Assembly: GCA_016193395.1 (NCBI GenBank)
Contig: JACPSH010000047.1
Coordinates: forward strand, 2,912-66,911
DNA length: 64,000 nt
Source of the DNA: Gammaproteobacteria bacterium
Lineage (GTDB): Bacteria > Pseudomonadota > Gammaproteobacteria > Eutrophobiales > Eutrophobiaceae
Direction: 5' to 3'
Shown here piece by piece: positions 10,093 to 21,367 of this stretch (positions are counted from its first letter, which is position 1; every line of letters starts with the position of its first letter). The position numbers were made by a program, and so were the translations under genes. The notes under the pieces are model-generated. The model made no database searches. It had not been told where the DNA came from and worked only from the letters and a program-made list of their open reading frames with translations.

Positions 10093-11610
10093 ATGTTCGA
10101 TGAATACAGCGGGTTGATCGAGGCAGCATGCGAACGCGTCTATGCCGTCGCCAACAGGACGACCCTGGACTACGCGCCCCAGACATCGCGTGAGCTGGAC
10201 AACCGCGTCTGGCTCAAACGCGAAGACCAGCAACCCGTGTTCAGCTATAAGGTGCGCGGCGCGTACAACATGGTGGCAGCGCTGGATCCGACGCGGCTGC
10301 GCGCGGGCGTCATTGCCGCTTCCGCCGGAAACCATGCGCAGGGCGTGGCGCTTGCCGCGCGCAGGCTCGGGGCCTCTGCGCTCATCGTCATGCCGAAAAC
10401 GACGCCGGAGATCAAAATCTCGGCCGTGCGCCAGCTCGGCGCGGACATTGTCCTGCACGGCAATACCTATGACGAGGCGAGGGATCATGCCCTCGAGCTG
10501 GAGGCGTCGACCGGCCGGACCCTCATCCCGCCCTACGACCACCCGCTGGTGATCGCGGGGCAGGCGACCGTCGGTGTCGAAATCCTGCAGCAGAGCGCCA
10601 GGGTCCCGGCGGCGATTTTCGTTCCAGTCGGTGGCGGCGGGCTTATCGCCGGGATCGCGCTGCACGTGCGGGCCAGGGCGCCGCAGGTCAGGATCATCGG
10701 CGTCGAGTCCGACGAGGCACCATGCCTGCACGCGGCCCTGGCCGCTGGCAAGGTGGTAACGCTTGAAGGGATCGGCATTTTCGCGGACGGCGCGGCGGTA
10801 CGCCGGGCGGGTGACGAAAATTTCCGCATCTGCCGCGAACTGGTGGATGAGATCTTGCTGGTCAGCAACGACGAGATCTGCGCGGCGGTCAAGGATATCT
10901 TTGAGGATACGCGATCGATCCCCGAGCCCGCCGGGGCGCTGGCGCTGGCCGGGCTGAAACAGTACGTCGCCCGCGAACGCCTCGCTGGCGCGGACCTGGT
11001 CGCGGTGTTCAGCGGCGCCAACGTCAATTTCGATCGACTGCGCCACATCGCGGAACTGGCGGCCCTGGGAGAGCAGCGCGAGGCCCTGTTGTGCGCGACC
11101 ATCCCGGAGCGGCCGGGGAGTTTCCGCGTGTTCTGCCACGACCTCGGCGCGCGGCAGATCACCGAGTTCAATTACCGCTATGCGGATGCGGGCGACGCTC
11201 ACGTCTTCGCGGGGATCCAGCTCCGGCACGGCGTTGGGGAAAAGGAAGCCCTGCTGCGTTCCCTTCGGGAGAAGGGGTACTCAGTCGTGGACATGAGCAG
11301 CAATGAGCTCGCGAAGATGCACATCCGGTATATGGTGGGCGGACGCGCGCCAGCCCGCGATGAAGTTGTCTACCGGTTCGAGTTTCCGGAGCGGTCAGGG
11401 GCCCTGCTGCACTTCCTGAACCGCATGGGCGATCGCTGGAATATCAGCCTGTTCCACTACCGCAATCACGGCGCGGCCTACGGCCGCGTGCTGATGGGCT
11501 TCCAGGTCCCTGAGAGCGATCGCGCGGATTTCCAGCAATTTCTCGGCGGGCTCGGCATCGAGTACCGGGAGGAAACCGACAATCCGGCGTATAGGATGTT
11601 TCTGGCTTAA
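10093..11610 (+). CDS. ilvA: Threonine ammonia-lyase, biosynthetic
   Basis: [35 protein letters not shown]; C-terminal regulatory domain FEFPER...[12 protein letters not shown]. Confidence 0.97.
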   Translation: MFDEYSGLIEAACERVYAVANRTTLDYAPQTSRELDNRVWLKREDQQPVFSYKVRGAYNMVAALDPTRLRAGVIAASAGNHAQGVALAARRLGASALIVMPKTTPEIKISAVRQLGADIVLHGNTYDEARDHALELEASTGRTLIPPYDHPLVIAGQATVGVEILQQSARVPAAIFVPVGGGGLIAGIALHVRARAPQVRIIGVESDEAPCLHAALAAGKVVTLEGIGIFADGAAVRRAGDENFRICRELVDEILLVSNDEICAAVKDIFEDTRSIPEPAGALALAGLKQYVARERLAGADLVAVFSGANVNFDRLRHIAELAALGEQREALLCATIPERPGSFRVFCHDLGARQITEFNYRYADAGDAHVFAGIQLRHGVGEKEALLRSLREKGYSVVDMSSNELAKMHIRYMVGGRAPARDEVVYRFEFPERSGALLHFLNRMGDRWNISLFHYRNHGAAYGRVLMGFQVPESDRADFQQFLGGLGIEYREETDNPAYRMFLA

Positions 11611-11667
11611 GGGAGAGCAGTTAGTACGCCACGGGCGCATCACGGGTGTCGCAGCGGAAAGGGAGGC

Positions 11668-11852
11668 GGGTATCAACCGCGGAGCCGTCACGGGCCTTGA
11701 ACTTGAACCGAGGGTTCAAGTGGGAACAGCGGGCGATGCTTCAGGCTTCCCGGGAACCGGGCATGCACAACCACATCGCGGTTCAGTTCCCTCAGTGAGG
11801 AAATCAGGCTCAAGTAACACCGGCCCGAAAACGCACACCGCAGAAGATACCC
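11668..11852 (-). ncRNA. ssrS: 6S RNA
   Basis: Immediately downstream of zapA on the same strand; ~185 nt with self-complementary ends (gggtatc/gataccc) and the 6S-like segment cacttgaaccctcggttcaag. Boundaries approximate. Confidence 0.8.
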
Positions 11853-11922
11853 TGAACTTTTTGCCGGCGGAGTCACTGCGGGTCAACTCCGGCGGCGTAA
11901 TCCTGCCGGTCCGGGATATAGT

Positions 11923-12237
11923 CTACATCTCCAGCGCCACGCCCTGCCCCAGGACCTCATCGATCTTGATCTGCAGGCGCCGGACCGTGTCGTCCACCGA
12001 ATTGTTATAGTGATCGCTTTCCACGCGGCAGGCAAGCAGCTCATGGGCGATGTTCAGCGCCGCCATGACGGCGATGCGCTCGGTGCCCACGACCTTGCCG
12101 GCATTCTTCACCTCCAGCATCTTGCCGTTGAGATAGGCCACGGCGGTGTGCAGCTGGTCCCGCTCGCTGTCGCTGCACGAAACGAGATAATCCTTGTCGA
12201 GGATCTTGACGGTTACCGGTTTCGCCGCACCGCTCAT
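11923..12237 (-). CDS. zapA: Cell division protein ZapA
   Basis: VTVKILDKDYLVSC, ERIAVMAALNIAHELL. Confidence 0.93.
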   Translation of the reverse strand: MSGAAKPVTVKILDKDYLVSCSDSERDQLHTAVAYLNGKMLEVKNAGKVVGTERIAVMAALNIAHELLACRVESDHYNNSVDDTVRRLQIKIDEVLGQGVALEM

Positions 12238-12458
12238 GAACGCGTCTCCATTGCCCGGAGGCGTGAAATCATCGACTCGATGCGCGTGCGCGCCTGCTCC
12301 GTCTTGTCGATGAGCACGGCGCGTTCGTTGATGAGATTGTCCTGCTGCGATCGCAGCGCGGAATTCTCGGTTTTGAGCTGTTCCACCGTCCGGATTAACT
12401 GATCGACACGGGCCTCGAGCGCCGCGAGATCGATGTTATCGGCTTTGCCCTCAGTCAT
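12234..12458 (-). CDS. Coiled-coil TIGR02449-type (ZapB-like) protein
   Basis: LEARVDQLI...LKTENSALR...ARTRIESMISRLRAME; overlaps the zapA start. Confidence 0.85.
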   Translation of the reverse strand: MTEGKADNIDLAALEARVDQLIRTVEQLKTENSALRSQQDNLINERAVLIDKTEQARTRIESMISRLRAMETRS

Positions 12459-12648
12459 TTTTCCGGACGCCTTTCAGCAAGGCGTTCAATCCCTGGGGAT
12501 GCAGGTGGGCCATAAATATAGAGCCGCCCCCGCAGGCGGTCAACTGCCATAGGCCGCGCGAATTCAATCGTGCTTGAATATGCTCGATATTGCCTTGCAA
12601 AATACCGCAGAGTTTAGTCAAGACTGAATGGTTGGGATCAATTTACTG

Positions 12649-13200
12649 ATGCTGGATTACCGCGGATTGTCGGAACTGCTGCAGCGCGCGGGCGCCGAAG
12701 CGGGCGCGGCCGAGTGCCACGGGTTTCTGTGCGGCCAGATCTGCGGCGCCGAATGGCTCGATGAGGAACTGTGGATGGAGTTTATCGATGCGCAGACGCG
12801 CGATGACTTCACGGCGGATGAATGTCTTGCCGAACTGCGCATGCTCGCCGCGGAGATTCGCGACCAGATCGGCTCTCTCGAATTCGAATTTCAGTTGTTC
12901 CTGCCGGACGAGGACTCGCCGTTGGCGGAACGCGTCAACGAACTCGGCAACTGGTGCCACGGCTTCCTGGGCGGCATCAACGCGGCCGGCGACGAGGACC
13001 GGCCGGCGCTGACCGCGGATGGCCAGGAACTGCTACAGGATTTCGGTGCCATCTGCAGGGTCAGCGTGGAGGGGCCCGACGACGAGGACGAAGGCGCGCT
13101 GGTCGAAGTCGTGGAGTACGTGCGCGCCGGCGTCATGATGCTGTTCGAGGAACTCCGGTTCCAATCCGGGGCTGGACACACCGGCGAGGCGCGGCACTGA
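12649..13200 (+). CDS. UPF0149 (YgfB-like) protein
   Basis: AECHGFLCG, FQLFLPDED, WCHGFLGG, EVVEYVRAG; precedes pepP. Start could be 12628. Confidence 0.88.
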   Translation: MLDYRGLSELLQRAGAEAGAAECHGFLCGQICGAEWLDEELWMEFIDAQTRDDFTADECLAELRMLAAEIRDQIGSLEFEFQLFLPDEDSPLAERVNELGNWCHGFLGGINAAGDEDRPALTADGQELLQDFGAICRVSVEGPDDEDEGALVEVVEYVRAGVMMLFEELRFQSGAGHTGEARH

Positions 13201-14516
13201 TGAACCGCAGCGAATTCCCCAGGCGTCGCAAGCGACTGATGGACATGATGGGCGATGAAAGCGTCGCCATCATACCGACAGCCGCAGTGCGCCTGCGCAA
13301 CCGCGACGTGGAGTACCCCTACCGCCCGGACAGCGACTTCTTCTATCTCACCAGGTTTCCCGAGCCCGAGGCCGTTGCGCTCCTCATCCCCGATCGCAGT
13401 TCCGGCGAGTTCGTGATGTTCTGCAGGGAGCGCGATGCCAAGATGGAGACGTGGAACGGGCGGCGCGCCGGGCTCGAGGGGGCGTGCGACCTGTACGGCG
13501 CCGACGACGCGTTTCCGATCGGCGATCTGGACGACATCCTCCCCGGGTTGCTGGAGGATCGCGAACGCATCTACTACACCATGGGTCAGGATTCCGCATT
13601 CGACCAGCGCGTGGTTGGATGGGTCAACCAGGTGCGGCGCAAGGAGCGGGCGGGCGTCAACGCGCCGGATGAATTCGTTTCGCTGACGCACCTGTTGCAC
13701 GAAATGCGCCTGTTCAAGAGCCGGGCGGAGATCCAGGCCATGCGGCGGGCGGCGAAAATCGCGGCGGCGGCGCACCGGCGCGCCATGCAGATCTGCATGC
13801 CTGGCATGACCGAATACGAAATGGAAGCCGAAATCGTGCACGAATTCATGCGCCGCGGCGCGCGCAGCCCCGCTTATTCACCGATCGTGGGCGGCGGGGC
13901 CAACGGCTGCATCCTGCATTACACCGAAAACTCGGCGGAACTGAAGGACGGCGATCTGCTGCTGATCGACGCCGGCGCAGAGTTCGATGGCTATGCCAGC
14001 GACATCACGCGTACCTTCCCGGTCAACGGCGGTTTTTCGCCGGCGCAGAAGGAAATCTACGAAGTTGTCCTGGAAGCACAGCTTGCGGCGATCCGCGAGG
14101 TGCGCCCGGGCAACCACTGGAATGATCCGCACGACGCGGCGGTGCGCGTGCTGACCGAGGGGCTGGTCGAGCTCGGCATACTGCACGGACGCGTGCGCTC
14201 GCTGATCCGCGAGCAGGCCTACGCGGACTATTACATGCACCGGACCGGCCACTGGCTCGGCATGGACGTGCACGACGTGGGCGACTACAAGCTGGAGGGC
14301 GACTGGCGCATGCTGGAGCCCGGCATGGTCCTGACTATCGAGCCCGGCCTGTATTTCCAGCCGCGGCGCCGACTGGCCAAGAAGTGGTGGAACATCGGCG
14401 TGCGCATTGAAGACGACGTGCTGGTGACCACCGGCAGCCCCGATGTGTTGAGTTCGGATGCCCCGAAGGCGGCGGGCGATATCGAAGCCCTGATGGCTCG
14501 GAGTCGCGCCGTTTGA
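13200..14516 (+). CDS. pepP: Xaa-Pro aminopeptidase
   Basis: RNRDVEYPYRPDSDFFYLT, DITRTFP, HWLGMDVHDVG, TIEPGLY, GVRIEDD. Confidence 0.96.
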   Translation: MNRSEFPRRRKRLMDMMGDESVAIIPTAAVRLRNRDVEYPYRPDSDFFYLTRFPEPEAVALLIPDRSSGEFVMFCRERDAKMETWNGRRAGLEGACDLYGADDAFPIGDLDDILPGLLEDRERIYYTMGQDSAFDQRVVGWVNQVRRKERAGVNAPDEFVSLTHLLHEMRLFKSRAEIQAMRRAAKIAAAAHRRAMQICMPGMTEYEMEAEIVHEFMRRGARSPAYSPIVGGGANGCILHYTENSAELKDGDLLLIDAGAEFDGYASDITRTFPVNGGFSPAQKEIYEVVLEAQLAAIREVRPGNHWNDPHDAAVRVLTEGLVELGILHGRVRSLIREQAYADYYMHRTGHWLGMDVHDVGDYKLEGDWRMLEPGMVLTIEPGLYFQPRRRLAKKWWNIGVRIEDDVLVTTGSPDVLSSDAPKAAGDIEALMARSRAV

Positions 14517-15754
14517 CGGCGCACACCGCCGTGCGCGACGAATACGATATCTGCATCGTCGGCGGCGGCATGGTCGGCGCAAGCATGGCGCTCGCCCTGG
14601 CGCCGGGCCGCGCCAGCATCGCCCTGATCGAGGCGGTTGCTCCGCAGTCCGACGACCAGCCGAGCTACGATCAGCGCGGCCTGGCTCTCTCGCTTTCTTC
14701 CCGCCGGATCCTCGAGCACCTGGATGTTTGGGATTCGGTAAGCCTCGCCGCGCATCCCATCCGGCGTGTCCACGTCAGCCGGCAGGGTCGCTTCGGCCGC
14801 GTGCAACTGGACGCCCGAATGCTCGGGCTGGACGCCCTCGGTCACGTTGTCCTGGCGCGGTGCCTGGGTGAAGCCCTGTTCCAGGCGTTGCGCGGCCGGG
14901 CATCCGTGGACCTGGTTTGTCCGGGGCGCGTGCGCGATGCCGCTTCCGGGGCCGAGGGGGTCCGCCTTGAGGTAGACACCGGCGACGGGCTGCGGCAGAT
15001 GCGTTGCCGCCTGATGGTCGTGGCCGACGGCACGCATTCGAGCGTGCGCGGCCTGCTGGGGATGGGAACGCAGGTTCGCGACTACAGGCAGACCGCGCTG
15101 GTCGGCATCGTCACGCCGGTCCGCCATCACCAGGACACGGCCTATGAACGGTTCGCGCCCGGCGGACCCCTGGCCCTGCTGCCGATGGCCGACGGGCACT
15201 GCGTCGCTGTCGTCTGCGTCGCCAACGCGGCGCTGGCCGAATGGTCCGCCCTTGATGACGACGGATTCTTGGCTCGTCTCGATGTAGCCTGGGGCCGCCG
15301 TTTCGGCGGGTTCACGCGCGCCGGCCCTCGCCGGTCATACCCGCTGCAATTGATGCGCGCCGATGCGCAGAGGGGTGATCGGGTCGTATTGCTGGGCAAT
15401 GCCGCGCACACCATCCATCCCAACGGTGCGCAGGGTTTCAATCTGGGCGTCCGCGATGTCGCCGGCCTGGCGGAACAGTTGAACCGGGCTTTGCGCGAAG
15501 GAGACGATCCGGGCGACCGGCGCGTGCTGGATGCCTACCTCCACGCCCGCCGCGCGGATCAGGGCCGCGTGATCGGATTCAGCGATCTCATCGCGACGCT
15601 CTACAGCAGCGGATGGAGCGCCGCATCGCTTGTGGGCGGAGCGGGCATGCTTCTGACCAGCATGGTGCCGCCGTTGCGCCGCGCGCTGTTGCTCCACGGT
15701 ACCGGCCTCTACGGACGCCAGCCGGCCTGGGTTCGCGGGGCCGTGACGCCATGA
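14513..15754 (+). CDS. ubiH: 2-octaprenyl-6-methoxyphenol hydroxylase
   Basis: IVGGGMVG, AYERFAPGGPLALLP, GNAAHTIHPNGAQGFNLG; pepP-ubiH synteny. Confidence 0.85.
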   Translation: MTAHTAVRDEYDICIVGGGMVGASMALALAPGRASIALIEAVAPQSDDQPSYDQRGLALSLSSRRILEHLDVWDSVSLAAHPIRRVHVSRQGRFGRVQLDARMLGLDALGHVVLARCLGEALFQALRGRASVDLVCPGRVRDAASGAEGVRLEVDTGDGLRQMRCRLMVVADGTHSSVRGLLGMGTQVRDYRQTALVGIVTPVRHHQDTAYERFAPGGPLALLPMADGHCVAVVCVANAALAEWSALDDDGFLARLDVAWGRRFGGFTRAGPRRSYPLQLMRADAQRGDRVVLLGNAAHTIHPNGAQGFNLGVRDVAGLAEQLNRALREGDDPGDRRVLDAYLHARRADQGRVIGFSDLIATLYSSGWSAASLVGGAGMLLTSMVPPLRRALLLHGTGLYGRQPAWVRGAVTP

Positions 15755-16973
15755 GCGGCGGAAAATTCAACGCTGAAGCCATCATCGTCGGCGCCGGACC
15801 GGTCGGTTCCACGCTGGCTTCGCTGCTTGGCGCCGGCGGCGTCGAGTGCGTGCTGGCCGGCTCCACGGGCGGCCCCAGACCCGGCGGACCCGTCCGCGCG
15901 CTGGCCATGACGCTTGCCTCCCGGAATGTCTTGCAAGCCGCCGGCGCCTGGGAGCGGCTGCCGCGGGAAGAGATCGGTTATTTCCAGAAAATGCGCGTGT
16001 GGGATGCGAATGGCACGGGCGCCATCGAATTCGACAGCGCGGAACTGTGCCTGCCGACATTGGGATATATCGTGGAGCAGACCCTTCTGGATGATGCCCT
16101 GGCCGGCGCGATCCAGACGCACCAGTGCCTGTCCGCGGTAGTCGCCGACAGGGCGGAGTCGCTCGACATCGGCAGGGACCGCGCCGTGCTGCGCCTCGAA
16201 GACGGTCGCGAGCTTTCGGCGCCGCTCGTCGTGGGCGCGGATGGATTTGCCTCCGGCGTGCGCCCGCTGGCCGGAATCGATTACCCTACGCATGAGTACC
16301 GCCAGCAGGCGCTGGTATGCACCGTAGATACCGAGCGCCCGCATGAGTTCACCGCCTGGCAGCGCTTCCTTCCGGACGGCCCTCTGGCGTTCCTGCCGCT
16401 GTCCGTACCGCGTCGTTGCGCGGTGGTGTGGTCCACGGCATCCGACCGTGCCACGGAATTACTGCGCATGAATCCCGCGGCATTCGACGCGCAGCTGGCG
16501 CATGCCTTCGATCACACCCTGGGCGCGGTCACGACCATCAGCGCGCGCGGCGCGTTTCCCCTTCGCCGCGCCCACGCGGAGCGCTACTGCCGGCCGCGAT
16601 TTGTGTTGGCCGGAGACGCCGCGCATTGCGTCCACCCGCTGGCGGGTCAGGGCGCAAACCTCGGCTTGCTCGATGCGGCCTGCCTCGCGCAGGTGCTGCT
16701 TGCGGCGCGGGCGCGGGGACAGGACATCGGCGCGCTGGAAGTGCTGCGCCGGTACGAACGCTGGCGGCGGGGTGAAAACGGCGCCATGTTGGTCGCGCTG
16801 GACGCGCTGCAAAAACTGTTCGGGAGCGGCAGCGGCGCATTGCAGTGGGCGCGCAATGCCGGTCTCGACCTGGTTGACGCCAGCGACATGCTCAAGAACC
16901 TGATCATGCGTCTCGCGACCGGAACCCTCGGGGATCTCCCCTTGCTTGCGCGCTCGCCGTTGCCGGCACGCCC

Positions 16974-16977
<4 letters not shown>
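15751..16977 (+). CDS. ubiI: UbiI/UbiF-family FAD-dependent hydroxylase
   Basis: [49 protein letters not shown]; follows ubiH. Confidence 0.75.
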
Positions 16978-18656
<1,679 letters not shown>

Positions 18657-18659
18657 GAA

Positions 18660-18698
18660 GAATGCAGAATATCCGCAGTCACCCTATATTCTGCATTC
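18660..18698. repeat. AT-rich 13-bp perfect inverted repeat
   Basis: gaatgcagaatat-N13-atattctgcattc directly after the glnS stop. Confidence 0.6.
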
Positions 18699-18723
18699 AA
18701 TTCCCGGACTCCAGGGACAGGTC

Positions 18724-19617
18724 ATGAGCAAACAATCCGGTGCGCTCTACCAATCTGAACTGAAGTGTCTTCCGCTCCTCAACCGCGGCAAGGTGCGCGA
18801 CATCTATGCGGTTGGCGATGACCTGATGCTGATTGTCACCACCGATCGGATCTCGGCGTTCGACGTCATCCTGCCCAACCCGATCCCGGGTAAAGGGGCA
18901 GTGCTGACCGCGCTGTCGAATTTCTGGTTTGGCCGGACCCGACATCTGATCCCGAACCACCTGACGGACATATCGCTGGACCAGGCGGTCCCGTATGCCG
19001 CTGAGAGAAAGCCCCTGGTGGGCCGGTCCGTCATCGTGCGCCGGCTCAAGCCATTGCCCGTCGAAGCGGTCGTGCGCGGCTACCTGATCGGTTCGGGCTG
19101 GAAGGATTACCAGCGCAGCGGCGCGGTCTGCGGCATCAGGCTGCCGGCCGGGCTACGGCAGGCGGAGCGGCTGCCTGATCCCATCTTCACGCCTTCCACC
19201 AAGGCCGAGCACGGCGCGCACGACGAGAACATCAGCTTCGAGCGCACGGTGGAACTGCTCGGGCCGAAACTTGCGGCCCAGGTGCGCGACAAGGCCATCG
19301 AGATCTACCGCTCGGCCGCCGAGTATGCGCTGACGCGGGGCATCATCATCGCCGACACGAAGTTCGAATTCGGCACAGACCCGGAAGGGAAGCTCTATCT
19401 CATCGACGAAGCGCTGACGCCGGATTCGTCACGCTTCTGGCCCGCGGATTCCTACCAGGTGGGGATCAGCCCGCCGAGTTTCGACAAGCAGTACGTGCGG
19501 GATTATCTGGAGACGCTCGACTGGAAAAAGACGCCGCCGGCCCCGCCGCTGCCGGACAACGTGATCCGGAACACCGCCGCAAAGTATGTCGAGGCCCTGC
19601 AGCGGCTCACCGGCTGA
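18724..19617 (+). CDS. purC: SAICAR synthetase
   Basis: [45 protein letters not shown]. Confidence 0.97.
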   Translation: MSKQSGALYQSELKCLPLLNRGKVRDIYAVGDDLMLIVTTDRISAFDVILPNPIPGKGAVLTALSNFWFGRTRHLIPNHLTDISLDQAVPYAAERKPLVGRSVIVRRLKPLPVEAVVRGYLIGSGWKDYQRSGAVCGIRLPAGLRQAERLPDPIFTPSTKAEHGAHDENISFERTVELLGPKLAAQVRDKAIEIYRSAAEYALTRGIIIADTKFEFGTDPEGKLYLIDEALTPDSSRFWPADSYQVGISPPSFDKQYVRDYLETLDWKKTPPAPPLPDNVIRNTAAKYVEALQRLTG

Positions 19618-19662
19618 AGGACGGGCGCAGCTGGACCGTGCCGGGCACGGATATGAGGCACC

Positions 19663-20361
19663 ATGATCCCACTGCACGACGATAATCCGACGGAAATCTA
19701 TCCCGTCGTCACCGTCGCGATCATTGTCGCCGCCGTGCTGGTGTTCCTGTGGGAGGCGTCGCTGGGGCCGGAGAGGATTGAAGCCGCGGTCTATAGCCTG
19801 GGCGTCATACCGGCGGTGCTGCTCGATCGCGCGCAATTGCCGCCTGAGCTGGCGCTGGTCCCTCCGGGCGCGACCATCCTTACCTCCATGTTCCTGCACG
19901 GTGGTTTCATGCACCTAGCCGGGAACATGCTGTACCTGTGGATCTTCGGCAACAACGTCGAAGATGCCATGGGCCATGTCCGCTTTGCCGTTTTCTACCT
20001 CGTGTGCGGCATCGTTGCGGTGTTCGGGCAGGTGATTCAGAACCCCGGATCGGAAGTCCCCATGATCGGCGCCAGCGGCGCCATTTCCGGGATCCTGGGG
20101 GCGTACCTGCTACTCTATCCGCACGCCCGCGTGCTCGTTCTGATCCCGATCGGTTTCGTGATGCAGACGGTGCGCCTGCCGGCCGGATGGGTGCTTGGCT
20201 TCTGGTTCGTGGCGCAACTGGTCAGTTCGGCGGTCAGCAGCGGCGAGGCGGGCGTGGCCTGGTTCGCGCACATCGGCGGGTTCATCGCCGGCATGGTGCT
20301 GATCCCGATCTTCAAACGGCGCGGCACGCGCCTGTTCCAACCGTCGCGTTTTTCGCGTTGA
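19663..20361 (+). CDS. Rhomboid-family intramembrane serine protease
   Basis: TSMFLHGGFMHLAGNMLYLWIFG, GASGAISG, AWFAHIGGF. Confidence 0.93.
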   Translation: MIPLHDDNPTEIYPVVTVAIIVAAVLVFLWEASLGPERIEAAVYSLGVIPAVLLDRAQLPPELALVPPGATILTSMFLHGGFMHLAGNMLYLWIFGNNVEDAMGHVRFAVFYLVCGIVAVFGQVIQNPGSEVPMIGASGAISGILGAYLLLYPHARVLVLIPIGFVMQTVRLPAGWVLGFWFVAQLVSSAVSSGEAGVAWFAHIGGFIAGMVLIPIFKRRGTRLFQPSRFSR

Positions 20362-20398
20362 CTGCCTGTTCCCGCGAGTCCAGGGAGCCGCGATCCGT

Positions 20399-21022
20399 TC
20401 AGGAGCGCCGCAGTTCCTCGCCGGCCCGGAAAACGGCAATGATCTTGTGCATGAATTTTATCTCCCTTTCCCTGATGCTTTTTCTGCTTCTGTTTCCCGA
20501 GACGTTCTCGACAATCACGCGGCCCTGATGTTTGTTGATGTAGGTGTGAATGCTCGGGGGTCCGGAACGCCGGTGAATTACCACTTCGTCACCGGCGAGC
20601 GGTTCTTCACCAGGATCGATCAGTATCGTCTCACCCGCGAACATGCGTGGTGAATACGCGTCATTCGTGATTGGCATCGCGTAACAGTTTCGCGCGGGCG
20701 TTGGAACACGCAGGAGGCGGGCCTGCCGCGATCCCCGCCCGGGGCCACTGTCACCGACGACGGGCACGAGGTGATCCCGTTTACCATAATCCGCCGCCTG
20801 TTCCTGCACGGCATTGGAACCATTGTCATGCAGCAGCCACGCCGGGGCGACCTGCAGGGCCCGTGCGATTTCGGCAAGCTGCTTGAGCGATGGCCGGCGT
20901 CTGCCGGACAGATAATGACCCACCGCGCCACGCGTGCATCCCAGTCTGTCGGCCAGGGCCTGATGGGAAATCCCACCGGCGCGCATCTGCGCCCGGGCCC
21001 GGTCAATCCAGGTCTCGTTCAT
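20399..21022 (-). CDS. CI/LexA-like repressor: XRE HTH plus degenerate S24 domain
   Basis: HTH ISHQALADRLGCTRGAVGHYLSGRRRPS...IARALQVAPAWLL; C-terminal CYAMPITNDAYSPRMFAGETILIDP...GDEVVI follows the S24 pattern. Confidence 0.85.
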   Translation of the reverse strand: MNETWIDRARAQMRAGGISHQALADRLGCTRGAVGHYLSGRRRPSLKQLAEIARALQVAPAWLLHDNGSNAVQEQAADYGKRDHLVPVVGDSGPGRGSRQARLLRVPTPARNCYAMPITNDAYSPRMFAGETILIDPGEEPLAGDEVVIHRRSGPPSIHTYINKHQGRVIVENVSGNRSRKSIREREIKFMHKIIAVFRAGEELRRS

Positions 21023-21025
21023 CGT

Positions 21026-21110
21026 CGAAATGATACGCAGCGTATCGGATTGCGTGACGATACATTATGTATCATTATTTGACAAGGTAGATACAGAACG
21101 TATCATTTCG
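21026..21110. promoter_or_regulatory. Divergent promoters with three palindromic operators GATAC-N5-GTATC
   Basis: Operators at 21032-46, 21059-73 and 21090-104; rightward TTGACA(21079-84)-16bp-TATCAT(21101-06); leftward TATCAT(21035-30) 7 nt before the repressor ATG. Confidence 0.85.
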
Positions 21111-21130
21111 TCCAGTCACCGAGTGGTGTT

Positions 21131-21367
21131 TTGGATGACGTGCTGCTGCGTGAATTCATAGTCTCTTTCCCCAGAAGCAAGCGCGCCGAGGTCCGCCGGA
21201 AAATCGCGGAGGTGCATGGCGTATCGGAAGTCACCGTACGGGCATGGGCCAACGGCAACCGAAATCACCCCTATCGGTTATCTGCAATCCAGGCGACGGA
21301 GTCGTTGACCGGGGGGAAAGTCACACGGCATGACTTGAGGCCGGATATCTTCGGAGCCCGCGCTTGA
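21131..21367 (+). CDS. Cro/YdaS-like small HTH regulator
   Basis: KIAEVHGVSEVTVRAWANG helix-turn-helix and C-terminal GGKVTRHDLRPDIF typical of Cro/YdaS proteins; divergent from the CI-like gene. Confidence 0.85.
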   Translation: MDDVLLREFIVSFPRSKRAEVRRKIAEVHGVSEVTVRAWANGNRNHPYRLSAIQATESLTGGKVTRHDLRPDIFGARA

